DNA of 64,000 nt, taken from assembly GCA_013239625.1 (NCBI GenBank), contig MU053934.1:4358399-4422398 (forward strand), in the 5' to 3' direction. Made by a program: the position numbers and the translations under genes. Shown here one piece after another: positions 23,701 to 33,581 of this stretch. The stretch comes from Lama guanicoe (lineage: Eukaryota). The number at the start of each line of letters is the position of its first letter. Position 1 is the first letter of the stretch. The notes below the pieces were generated by a model. The model did no database searches. It was given only the letters and a program-made list of their open reading frames with translations, and was not told the origin of the DNA.

Positions 23701-25378
23701 CCTTTTCCACCCAGAATGCAGCCTTTTCTGAACCTGTGTGGGGAAGGGGGCCATCTTGGATGGGCGGGGTAGGTGTGTGTGCTGGAGCAGTGCTATCCCA
23801 CAGAAACTTAATTGGAGTCACATATGTCATCTTTCTTTTTCTACTACCCAGTGTTCAAAAAGTTAAGAGAAATTGATAGCATTAATATTGATAATGTTTT
23901 AGGCAATATAGTCATCCCTCAATATGGGAGCGGGGTTGGTTCCAGGACTTCTGTGGATACCAAAATCCGCGGATGCTCAAGTCCCTTGTGTAAAATGGTG
24001 TAGTGTTTGCATATAACCTATGCACATCCTCCCATATACTTTAGATCATCTCTAGTTTACTTATAATACCTAATACAATATAAATGCTGCATAATTGTCA
24101 GTACAATGTAGATGCTATGTAAATAGTTGCCAGCCTGGCAAATTCAAGTTTTGCTTTTTGAAACTTACTGAAATTTTTTTCTGAATAATTTCAATGGGTG
24201 GTTGGTTGAATCCGCAGATGACGAACCCACAGATGTGGAGGACTGACTGTATATCTAAGCTACTATTTTAATGATATGTTATCTAATATATAACTAAGAT
24301 AAAACTTCTTCATGAGATGGTTTACATTCTTTTACCTTTATACTAAGTCCCTGAAATGAGGCGTGTATTTTCATACTTGCCGCCCATCTCCGTTCAGACG
24401 AGCCACATTTCAAGGGCTCAGGAGATATGTGTGGCCGGTGGCTCCCCTCAGGGACAGGGCAGCTGTATGGCCCTCCCAGCAGACAGCACAGAGAACAAGC
24501 CTGGATCTTAGAGGGGCTGGCCTGGAGCAGGCACTCAGGATACTTGTAGAATGAATGAATGGGAGAATGGATGCTGGAATGAAGGGATGACTAAACAAAG
24601 GAAGGGAGGAGAGAGATGGAAAGAAGGGATAAATCATGAATAGAATGCCTCTGGGACGTCTGCCCCTTACCCTTCCTCCCCATGCCCTACCCTCAATGCA
24701 CCACCACACAGCCTGCCCTGCCGGCCAAGAGCATCCCCTTTCCTCCTCCATCTTCCCAGGTCTATCTCAATACTCCCTACCATGCCGAACTCTGCTTCCT
24801 CTCTTGGTTCAACAAGAGGCTGTCCCCTGATGAGTGTTACCACGTCACCTGGTTTGTGTCCTGGAGCCCCTGCGTCGCATGCGCAAAGCAGGTGGCTAAG
24901 TTCCTGGAGAAGAACAGGAACGTGAGACTGAGCATCTTCGCTGCCCGCCTCTACTACTTCTGGCAACCAGCGTTCCAGCAGGGGCTGTGCAAGCTGCATG
25001 GCGTGGGGGCCCAGGTGGGCATCATGTCCTACCAAGGTGAGAACAGAGGGGACCAGGGGGCTAGGGGACAGGGTGAGGGTAGGGTCGGGGGGACTCGAAT
25101 GCCCTTCCGGGAGGGGGAGGGAGAGGAGAGCCTCGGAACCTGAGGCAGGACTGACGGCCCCTGGCAGGAGTGGGCAGGAGGGGACAGGGCACAGAAGGGT
25201 CAGCAGAGAAAGGCCTCCCAGGGCCGTGACCTGATGGCGCTCTCCCCTCTTTATCTCAGACTTTAAATACTGCTGGGAAAACTTTGTGTACAACCAGAGA
25301 ATGCCCTTCAAGCCTTGGGAGAAACTATGTGAAAATTCTAAGTTCCTGGTCACAAAGCTTGAGGAGATTCTCAGGTGA
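20632..25378 (+). CDS. APOBEC3Z2: APOBEC3 Z2-type cytidine deaminase; join(20632..20711,22012..22168,24760..25036,25260..25378), 210 aa (188 aa from ATG 20698)
   Basis: MEPQRPRQ...MPWIS-NLVEWIDPQTFFFHF...RTYLCYQV...FHNK-VYLNTPYHAELCFLSWF...SWSPCVAC...RLYYFW...MSYQ-DFKYCWENFV...EILR*. The WF motif after HAE marks the Z2 type; GT-AG introns in phase. Confidence 0.92.
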
Positions 25379-28300
25379 GGGCTTCCTTAGCCTCCCCCCT
25401 CTTCCTCCTCATCTCTGATGACCTTCACCCGCCTTCTCGGCCTCCCCTCCTCCTGGCCCGTGTCCACTGCCCTTGGCCTGCCCCGCCCGCCCTCAGCTCC
25501 TTCTCTCCTTTCTTCGCCCAGAGTATCCACCCTGCTCCCAGAGAGGGAGCCCCCTCCCTTCCGTCTCACGTTTACCAAATCTTGTTCTTGCGCTGAACAC
25601 GAGTGGGCATGAATGTGTATAAGCGTGAAAATCAGATTTCAGAAACATCCCTTAACACAGACGTGACTTAGAGTACAGGGAGGCTTGGTGAGAATGGCTG
25701 TTTTCATTTGCCAGGGCTTCCGTGACAGAGCTCCGCAGACTGGGTGACCTCACAACAGGTGTTCATTTTCTCACGGTTGTGGAGGCTAGCAGTCTAAGAT
25801 CTGGGTGGTGGTAGGTTGGGCTTCTCCTGCGGCCCCTCTGTGGCTGCAGACAGCTGCCTTCTCACTCTGTACTCAGATGGTCTTTTCTCTGTGCGTGACT
25901 ACTGGGTCCCTCTGTGTGACCCAATTTCCTCTTCTAGTAAGGACATCCATTACATCGGATTAGGGCTCACCCTAAGAGTCTCCTCTTAAAACCATCACCT
26001 GGAGGGGGAGGGAATAGCTCAAGAGGTAAAGTGCATGCCTAGCATGCATGAGGTCCTGGGTTCAATCCCCAGTGCCTCCAAGAAAAAAAGAAATAAGTAA
26101 ACTTAATTACTTCTCCCTGCAAAAAATTAAAAAAACAAACAAACAAACATCACCTCTTTAAAGACTCCACCCCACCACCTTCACGCTGCCTCAGGACCCC
26201 ACCCCAACCCCACCTTCACTGGGTGATCATCACCCTCTACCCTCACTTGGCTCTTTCTTCCCCCACTCCACCTTCACTCGGTCATCATCACCCTCCACCT
26301 TCACTCTTGGTCATCATCACCCCGCACCCTCACTTGGCTCTTTCTTCATCCCATTCCCAAATTGCTGCCAGAGATGAAGCTCTAGGGATGGTGATGGAGA
26401 GCGAACAAGGAAAATAAAAGGTAATAGTTAAGCTTACATTTAAATAAGTTTTTAGAAAAAAGTAGCCTTGGGCACATGAGGATTGAGATTATTAGAGCTT
26501 TTTCAAAAAGCAGAATAAAAAGTGGAAGGTTGGCCAAGAATCACGTCAGAGACAGCAGCTCAGTTGCTGAAGGTAGATCAGGAAGCGAGCATCTGGCCCT
26601 TGGACCACAGAGCCGACGCCCCGTGAAATCACTGGGAGGATCTCGGTGGAAGTTCCAGGAAGGTTTGCCAGGACTGTGGCCTGGCGAACAGGGACAAGAG
26701 ACTGATAAGTTGGGGTTCTGGGCAGGCAGATGCAGAGGAAGAGTGAGTGGGAAGCTGTTGGGTTTGGAATACGTCTGTAAAATTATTGTGGAGAAGGTCT
26801 TGGGTCCCAGCAATCTTGCCGTCGCGGCAATGGACAACTGCCCCTTCACTCTCCCTTCCTGTTTGCACTGCTGCCTGGGGGTCTTAGGCAGAATCCGGAG
26901 GGGGATCTCTGGCTGCTTCGGCTCATCTGCCTTGTTTCTTCCCTGTTGGCATTTCCTTCAAGGAGGGAGGCACAGAGGGACACGGATGTGGACCATACAC
27001 CTCCTGACTGTCTCGGTCATCGAAATGGGCCAGAATGGTCAGCATAAAATGTCCCGCTCCCAGCACACCTCCATGCACAGCCCACCTCAGGCAGCTCGTA
27101 GGAATTCTCCAGTCCAGGGCTGTAGCAGTGCTGTCATTAGGAAATGCCAACAAAGGGTTTCAGCCTCCTTGTCCTTCCTTCCTGCTTCTCAGGCCAGGGG
27201 TGACTTAGCTGTCTGAGTTTGACCAACACCTCAGTGTGCAAATCTGATCACTCTTCCTGGAAGGACCCAGCTCATTCTTGTCCTCTGTGGCTCTGGACAT
27301 TAGGACAGATGAGGGTGAAGGGGACCCCATTCCTGCGGATCCTCTGACCTCTTGCCCAAGGTCTTGTTACCCCTGAGGCCATACCAGAACCAGTGGGGCA
27401 GAAGAGGGTGTGTGCAGGGCCAGGGAGCAGTGTGGTGACAATCTGGGAAAGGTTAATTTAGGAATCATTTGTGTGCAGTCTAGCCTGGAGGTGGCTGTGC
27501 TCTAAGACCTCCTCTCTAGGTTTCAACTTTCCCAAGAGCTCTTTGTTTTTTCATCTGTCTGTCTTGGTGACCGTGTGACAAGGTAAGCAGACAGCTTTCA
27601 GGATGCACACTTGAAGTCCAGGTCCTCAGTCCCTGACCTGAGAGGCCCCATGGGGGCAGCAAGACCCTTTCTCTTGTGCCACCCCCCCCCATTCTTTTTC
27701 ATGGAACAATGAGGAAGCAGGGGGAGGGAGCCAGGCCAGGGTGCCTGGACAGCTTTCCAGCTCTGCCATTTATTTGCTGTGTGACTTCACGAGAGTATCT
27801 TAGCCTCTCTGTGCTGGGACCTCATCTAAGAAGTCAGGATAACGATCCTCCCTTCTTGATGGTATTGGGGCCTGGGGTAGTGGATGGTGCACAGGATCTG
27901 CTCAACACAGGGCTGGAGATGAAAATTTGGAATGCTGACCTCCAGCCCTCATTTTCCATCTTGTCCAGAGTCTTATCAGGATATTGAATGACAACTAAAT
28001 GCCAAGCAGGGTTTGGGTGGAGAGGCCTCCAGCCTGCCCTCACCCCAGAGGTGCTGGCCTCTGTCCTGCACTCTTCAGCCAGGGTCTGACCCATCCCCTC
28101 TCTCTAGCATCTTTACTTTCTCTTTCCCTTTGCAATAATGTTGGGGCCTGCTGCACAGAGGGGCTCTTCTCCATCAGAGACTGAGCTCTGCCAAGAGGGA
28201 GGGCCCAAGAGAAGGTGGGGTCTGAGCCTGAGGAAGCAAACCACCCGAGGGCCCTCCCACCCCTGGTGCCAAAGCAGGAAGGAGGTGGGGCTTCGGCTGA

Positions 28301-31300
28301 GCCAGCCTGGGAGGTCACTCACAGATAAGGGGCTGTCCTAAAGCAAGGGCCCGGGAGAGGAAATGGAGCCAGAGTGCCCATGACAAAGGGCTGGGCTGGG
28401 ACAAGCCTTCCCAGGCAAGGAGACTGCACTGGACTCCCAGGATCAGGTAAGTCAAGAGCCCAGCAGGAGGAAAGAGGTCCAGGCCGAGAGAAGAGAACCA
28501 CCCTAGGGCCTCCTCGCTCTGGTTACTGAGACAGGAAGGGCATCCACCACACAGACAGCTGTAGGAAGACAGTCTCAGAAAAGGGGCTTTCCCAAGGCCA
28601 AGGCAGCCTTGTGAGAGGGAGGTGGAGCCAGAGAGCCCACGTCCAGGACAAGCTGGGACAAGCCTGCCAAGGAGGCTGGGGCTAGGCTGCAGGGACCAGG
28701 TACCACTGCCTGCTCACCTCTCGGCCTTGGGCTCTGCTTCCTGCCTCTTGCCTCCATCTGCCCTGCTCCCAGCCCTGGGTTCTCTTCTCTCTGACTCCTC
28801 TGCAGGGCCTTCTCTCACCTCAGGCCCCCCAGCCCTGCCTCTGCCACAGCCTGTCTCTGTGTGCCTGGCCATCTCTCTGTGTCCCTGGCCATATTCCATA
28901 GGCATGGCCACCAGGGCTTCCTAAAGCTCTTTGTTCACCCTCAATCCTAGACTTGAGGTTCAAGGATGATTGAAACAATTTTTGGAGTCAGCTATAAAAG
29001 CATGTTTATAAATTTTATTTTAAAGGCACCATTTTGCAAATAATTTCTCATTTCTGCTCTGTGGAGGGAAAACTCTCCAAGACAAGAAGGTAACTCATTT
29101 TCCCTGAAGACAATACCAAGTTTAAAAAATTAAATTGGTCTTTAAATACTTCTTACAAGTTGTTTCTATTACATCTATGATTTTAGCTATTCAAGGTCAA
29201 GGTTCAACACTTGTGCCATGAAGATAAGTCCTCTTGTCTAAAATTTGAAATATTTTAGCCTTGAGTGTCTGGATTTCCCCAGAACTGGGCAGTTTCCCAG
29301 AACGTGGGAACTTCAGGGCTAAAATTCAGAAGATTCCAGGCAAACGGATCAGTGATTGTCTAAAGTGTGCTGTGAATGGGGTTTCCCTCCTTTTAAAAAA
29401 AAAAAATTATTTATTGTAGATTTTCTTCTTCTTTCCTTTTTATTTTTTTAAATTGAAGTATAGTTGATTTCCCTTCTAATCCTTACCCTGAGGGTGGCCA
29501 GTTGCCCTAATGGGGAGTATGAACTTCAGGTGAGGTCACTGGATCATCAGCCACAGTCCAGAGATGGTCTCTTCAGCAATTGTTATCCAAGTCCACCTAA
29601 AGGTTTACTAATTAACACAAGGGATGTTAGAGATAGGTTTCCATTGACGAAACTAGTGGCTTTGTTAATTAGCGTAACAGATATCAGAAATGGTTTTCCG
29701 TTGGTGGAATTGGTGGTGTTTCGGTGAGTTGCCTGGAAATATGGCAAGGTTTTTCTGGCCTTGCAGGAACAGAGTGTTGTGCCTTGTGGTCTGCGCCCTG
29801 AGGGCACCCTTGGCTTGATTCCTGTGTCCAGACACAAGTTCCAAGGACCTGAAGTCACTTGAGCCTGACTTGATGGTCAGCCAAGTCACATTACCTTGGG
29901 TGGAGTGTCCAGGACAATGGGCTGGGGCCATCGAGCCTCCTGAGATCGTTCAGGCTGGTGTCCACTTGGGTATGAATGCCCACGTACAGTGGAGCTCCGG
30001 CCAGAGCATGCCTTCGTGCGCCTCTCGTGGGCATGGCAGGAACACTTCTGGTTATGTCCACCTACTTCTAATGCAGAGCCAACAGCATTTATCCAAAAGA
30101 ACCTGCTGGTTCTGCATTCCTACCTGGGTCGGGCCACTTTGCAATATAATGTTAAGTGAAAGAACAGCAAGATACAAAATGGAATATTTCACAGGGTATA
30201 ATCACAATTAGAAGGAGAAAAAAGTTGCGTGAGCCCTTCCGCGAGAAGTCTCTGTCACCACACTCTCTTGGTGAGAACAGTTTTTCCTCTTCACACGCCT
30301 CTGTGCTCTTTGTGCAGACAAAATTGTGATACACACGCCTCAGCTAAGAGCACAGGGCTACAGGAAGCACCGGCTTGCATCCCCTGACTCCCCAAAGAGA
30401 AGGGTTAAGATATTAGACACAGGGTTGAGGTGCCTGTGGGTCCTGAACAAGGGTCTGGGGCTCAGGACAAAGATGTCAGAGCTGGAGATGACAGGCAGTG
30501 TCCAGTTCTTAGCCCAGGGGTCCTGCCTGCAGTGGCTGTAGGGGAGCTCTGCCAGGCTGGAGGTGGGACACTGTGTGAGGTGGGAGAGCTCACTCTCTTC
30601 CTCTCCCTCCTGAGTCCTCCTGGCCAACAAAGAAGGAAGAGACCCTCCCTAACCTCCACTTAGGGGCCCAAGTGAACCCAAGGAATTGGGTTCAGAACAT
30701 GACAGAGCCTGGGGTGATGCCAGAGAACACTCTTTGCAGCTGTGATTTTCTCTTGTTGCACAGGAACACAATGAGCCTGCTAAAGGAAGATATATTCAAC
30801 AAACAGTTCAGCAACCAGCCCCGGGTCACGGCGCCCTACTACCGGAGGAAGACTTATTTGTGCTACCAGTTGAAGGGGCCCGATGGCTCCATACTTGCCC
30901 AAGGCTGCCTCCGAAACAAGGTGCCAAGTGTGTTCTCTGGGCATAGGGCAGGCGGGGCTAACCCTGGCCATGCAGGGAAAATCCTGAGGCTTAGCAGGGT
31001 CTGAGTTAGCCCAGCTTCTCTGGAACCCTCCAGACTTGTTCCCATCCCTGGACCGACACAGAAGCCCTTCCCTCCAGCAGAGCGCTTTTCCTGCCCCTCT
31101 TGGAGAAGTGAATGTTCCCTCGTCCTCCAGGTCTTAGCTCCTTCATCACTTCCAGGAAGCCAAGCACTCTTCCAAGGGCTGAGCGCTTAACCTCACTGAC
31201 AAGATCTCCATCACATTTCTGCCTTTCTGTCTATCTTCCTCCCTGTCCCCTCCCTCCAACCCCCCTCCCTTGGTACCCTCAGGTTCAAACATCTCCAGAC

Positions 31301-32711
31301 AGCCTCCTGCGTGTGTGCAAAAGCCAGGTCCCAGAGCATTCTGAGACTGGGCTGTGGGGGTGTCTGTTCTACAGCCTGTCTCCCTCTCTGGCCACTGGCA
31401 CCCTGATCCGATTCCAGTTAAGCTATAGATGAGTGAGACAGTGAAGGAGTAAATAATGAGGGAAGGAAGGAGGTTTTCTCCTTGTCATAGGCAAGTTCAC
31501 ATACTCGGAAGTTCACAGAATAGAGCCTCTCATCCTCAACTTCACCCTTGGTATGTGACCTCTGGCCTCTGCCTTCTAAACCAGCCCTTCCTTCTCTCTG
31601 TCTGGGACTCTCTCCAGAAACAGCGACATGCAGAAATTCGCTTTATTGACAAGATCAAGTTTATGAATCTCGACCCAAACCAGAGCTACGAAATCATCTG
31701 CTATGTCACGTGGAGCCCTTGCCCCACCTGTGCCGAGAAACTGGTTGATTTAATCAACGATCAAGTCCACCTGAAACTGCAGATCTTCGCCTCCCGCCTG
31801 TACTTCCACTGGGTCAGGAAGTATCAGATAGGGCTGCAGTATCTGTGGGCTTCTCAGGTCACAGTGGCTGTCATGAACCGCCGAGGTAGGTAGAGAGACA
31901 CAGCTGTCAGTGGATGGGAGGGGCTGCATTTCTGAGAGAGAAAGCCACTGAGTGGGAGTTGGGGTAAGGGGGTGCTGGACAGGAAGGATGGTGGCCCAGC
32001 TGAGACCCAAAGTGTGATACCACCTGATATGAAAATTCCAAGGACAGACTAATTCCAGGGAGAAGAAGAGAGGGAAGAGGACAGAAACAGGGGACCCTGG
32101 CCCTGCAGGGTACAGGCTTGCTGCCCCCGTGCCCTTGTGGCCTGACTCAGTTTCCTTCTCTCACCTCAGAGTTTAAAGACTGCTGGGAAAAGTTTGTGGA
32201 CAACCAGGGGAAGGAGTTCCAGGGCTGGGATAAGCTGGAGGAATACAACAGAAGCATCAGCCGACGGCTCCACAGGATCCTGATGGTGAGAAGCTGTTCT
32301 CAGTGCAGGCCCCCGCCTCTCTCTCCCTGCCCTTCTGTCCATCACCCTTCTCCTTGCTCTCTCCCCACTGTCCCCTACTCCTTTCTCTTGTCTCATGACA
32401 ACCTCTTTTGCTCCCCTCTCCCAGGGGCTCCCAGTTTCTTCCTTGCCTCTCTCTTCGTAGACTCTTGCTGGCTTTCTGTTTCCTCTCAAGGCCTCCCGAC
32501 CCACCTTGACCCAGTTCTTTTCTTGTCCCAGCATTTTCAGCATTACCTCTTACCTCTCCCCACTTTTTCCCTGCAGTTTCCTGCCCATCGAAGCTTTCTC
32601 ATCTCTCTCCTTCTCTCTCAGCAGCCCTTGAAGCAGAATAATTTAGAGGATTCCTTCAGAGATTTGAGACTTGGATCCCCATCACCTTCGTCAAGAAGTG
32701 ACTCAAGATGA
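20632..32711 (+). CDS. APOBEC3Z2-Z3: Double-domain APOBEC3Z2-Z3 read-through product, 419 aa (Z2 exons 1-4 spliced 25374->30764 to the Z3 exons)
   Basis: The phase-2 donor at 25374 fits the phase-2 acceptor at 30764 (EILR-NTMSLL); such read-through is established for other artiodactyls. Confidence 0.75.
22012..22168 (+). CDS. APOBEC3Z2: APOBEC3Z2 exon 2
   Basis: cccag|t aac cta gtg ... aac aag|gtatgg. Confidence 0.93.
23788..24460. mobile_element. MER3-like hAT element split by a MER2-like (Tigger) element at 23909-24249
   Basis: Inner element tagtcatccctc...gaggactgactg has inverted-repeat-like ends and a TA target duplication; the flanks rejoin as a MER3-like sequence. Confidence 0.7.
24760..25036 (+). 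CDS. APOBEC3Z2: APOBEC3Z2 exon 3 (catalytic exon)
   Basis: cccag|gtc tat...HAE...PCVAC...caa g|gtgaga. Confidence 0.94.
25260..25374 (+). CDS. APOBEC3Z2: APOBEC3Z2 exon 4 (donor for Z2-Z3 read-through; stop at 25376-25378 if unspliced)
   Basis: ctcag|ac ttt aaa tac tgc tgg ... ctc ag|gtgagg. Confidence 0.93.
25690..26170 (-). mobile_element. MLT1 (MaLR) LTR fragment
   Basis: Characteristic ...ttctcacggttgtggaggctagcagtctaagatc...aaggacatccattacatcggattagggctcaccc. Confidence 0.7.
26001..26144 (+). mobile_element. tRNA-derived SINE (camelid Vic-1-like) inserted in the MLT1
   Basis: A and B boxes, A-rich tail, near-TSD aaaccatcacct/aaacatcacct. Confidence 0.85.
28003..28326 (+). promoter_or_regulatory. 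Putative internal APOBEC3Z3 promoter with ISRE-like element (28112-28131); copy 2 of the 324-bp duplication
   Basis: 4 mismatches and no indels versus 20289-20612; followed by exon-1-like sequences with donors after 28446 and 28699. Confidence 0.75.
30764..30920 (+). CDS. APOBEC3Z3: APOBEC3Z3 first coding exon (ATG 30771)
   Basis: cacag|g aac aca atg ... aac aag|gtgcca. Confidence 0.92.
30771..32711 (+). CDS. APOBEC3Z3: APOBEC3 Z3-type cytidine deaminase (APOBEC3H-like); join(30771..30920,31618..31885,32170..32285,32622..32711), 207 aa
   Basis: MSLLKEDIFNKQFSNQPRV...KTYLCYQL...RNK-KQRHAEIRFIDKI...TWSPCPTC...RLYFHW...MNRR-EFKDCWEKFVD...RILM-QPLKQNNLEDSFRDLRLGSPSPSSRSDSR*. TWSPC marks the Z3 type; AATAAA at 32872. 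Confidence 0.94.
31618..31885 (+). CDS. APOBEC3Z3: APOBEC3Z3 catalytic exon
   Basis: tccag|aaa cag cga cat gca gaa ... cga g|gtaggt. Confidence 0.94.
32170..32285 (+). CDS. APOBEC3Z3: APOBEC3Z3 exon (FKDCWEKFVDNQG)
   Basis: ctcag|ag ttt ... ctg atg|gtgaga. Confidence 0.93.
32622..32711 (+). CDS. APOBEC3Z3: APOBEC3Z3 terminal coding exon
   Basis: Polypyrimidine tract plus CAGCAG tandem acceptor; stop TGA 32709-32711. Confidence 0.85.
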   Translation, partial: QPLKQNNLEDSFRDLRLGSPSPSSRSDSR

Positions 32712-33581
32712 CTGTTCCTGGGGCATCTTAGTGCTTCAGAAACTGCTGACTCTTAGGGGCAACTGGCAACTTCTGCTGGCATACCTGGCCCTCAGCCAAG
32801 TCAGAACCGTCTTTCCTCTTGCATTCTTCTGTTTCCTTTTCGACTTAGGTAAATATTTTTATAGGTGAAAAAATAAAAATAATTCGAAAGCTTGGGTTAC
32901 TTTCTAAAAGAGGAATCAGGTCTTTCCTTCATAAAAAGGAAAAATGAGTATAAAGAAGTTTTATACTACAGCACCAAGAAAAGATTTACTTGAGAATTCC
33001 CAGTATGGTATAGAATAGTTAGATCATTTTGTAGTTCAAGTAGTCTCTGTTCCTTCTCAGTATCTAGTATTTGTCTAAGTAAATGAGGTAAAACTTTATC
33101 GAGTGGAGCTGACCATAGTAATGGGAAAAAATATGCTTGGAAGTGTGTTTTTCAGTGTTCTTGGCTGCAGCAACAGGCTCCAACTCTGGCTAATTAAAAC
33201 AGAAAAAAAGACTTAATAGAAAGATGTTGAGTGGCTCTCTGAATTGCTAGGAAAGATAAAGGACTAGATCTGGAGGCTTCAAAGCCAGGAAGGATATGCT
33301 GCTAGTTGGTCTAGTCATGACAGGATTGCTGGTGGTGGAATATTCCATCCACACCAACCACACCTGGAAGCTGGATGCTGACACAGATCCCCTGCTCTGG
33401 CTGCCTCCACTGCCAACAACCCCACCAGAATGGAGGAAAAGGAGGGAGGAAACAGTTACAACAAATAATGAACACAGCATAAGATGAGAAGAGTAAAGTC
33501 AAGTGTATCACACTAAATGTGAACATAATTAATTCTTCCATGCTGCTTACAAAAAACACTCTTTAAATAATAGAGATCGAA

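Noticed and set aside
24667..25353. 228-aa minus ORF (and similar ones at 2234-2803 and 21585-22193)
   Set aside because: Antisense shadows of APOBEC3 exons; no independent coding signal.
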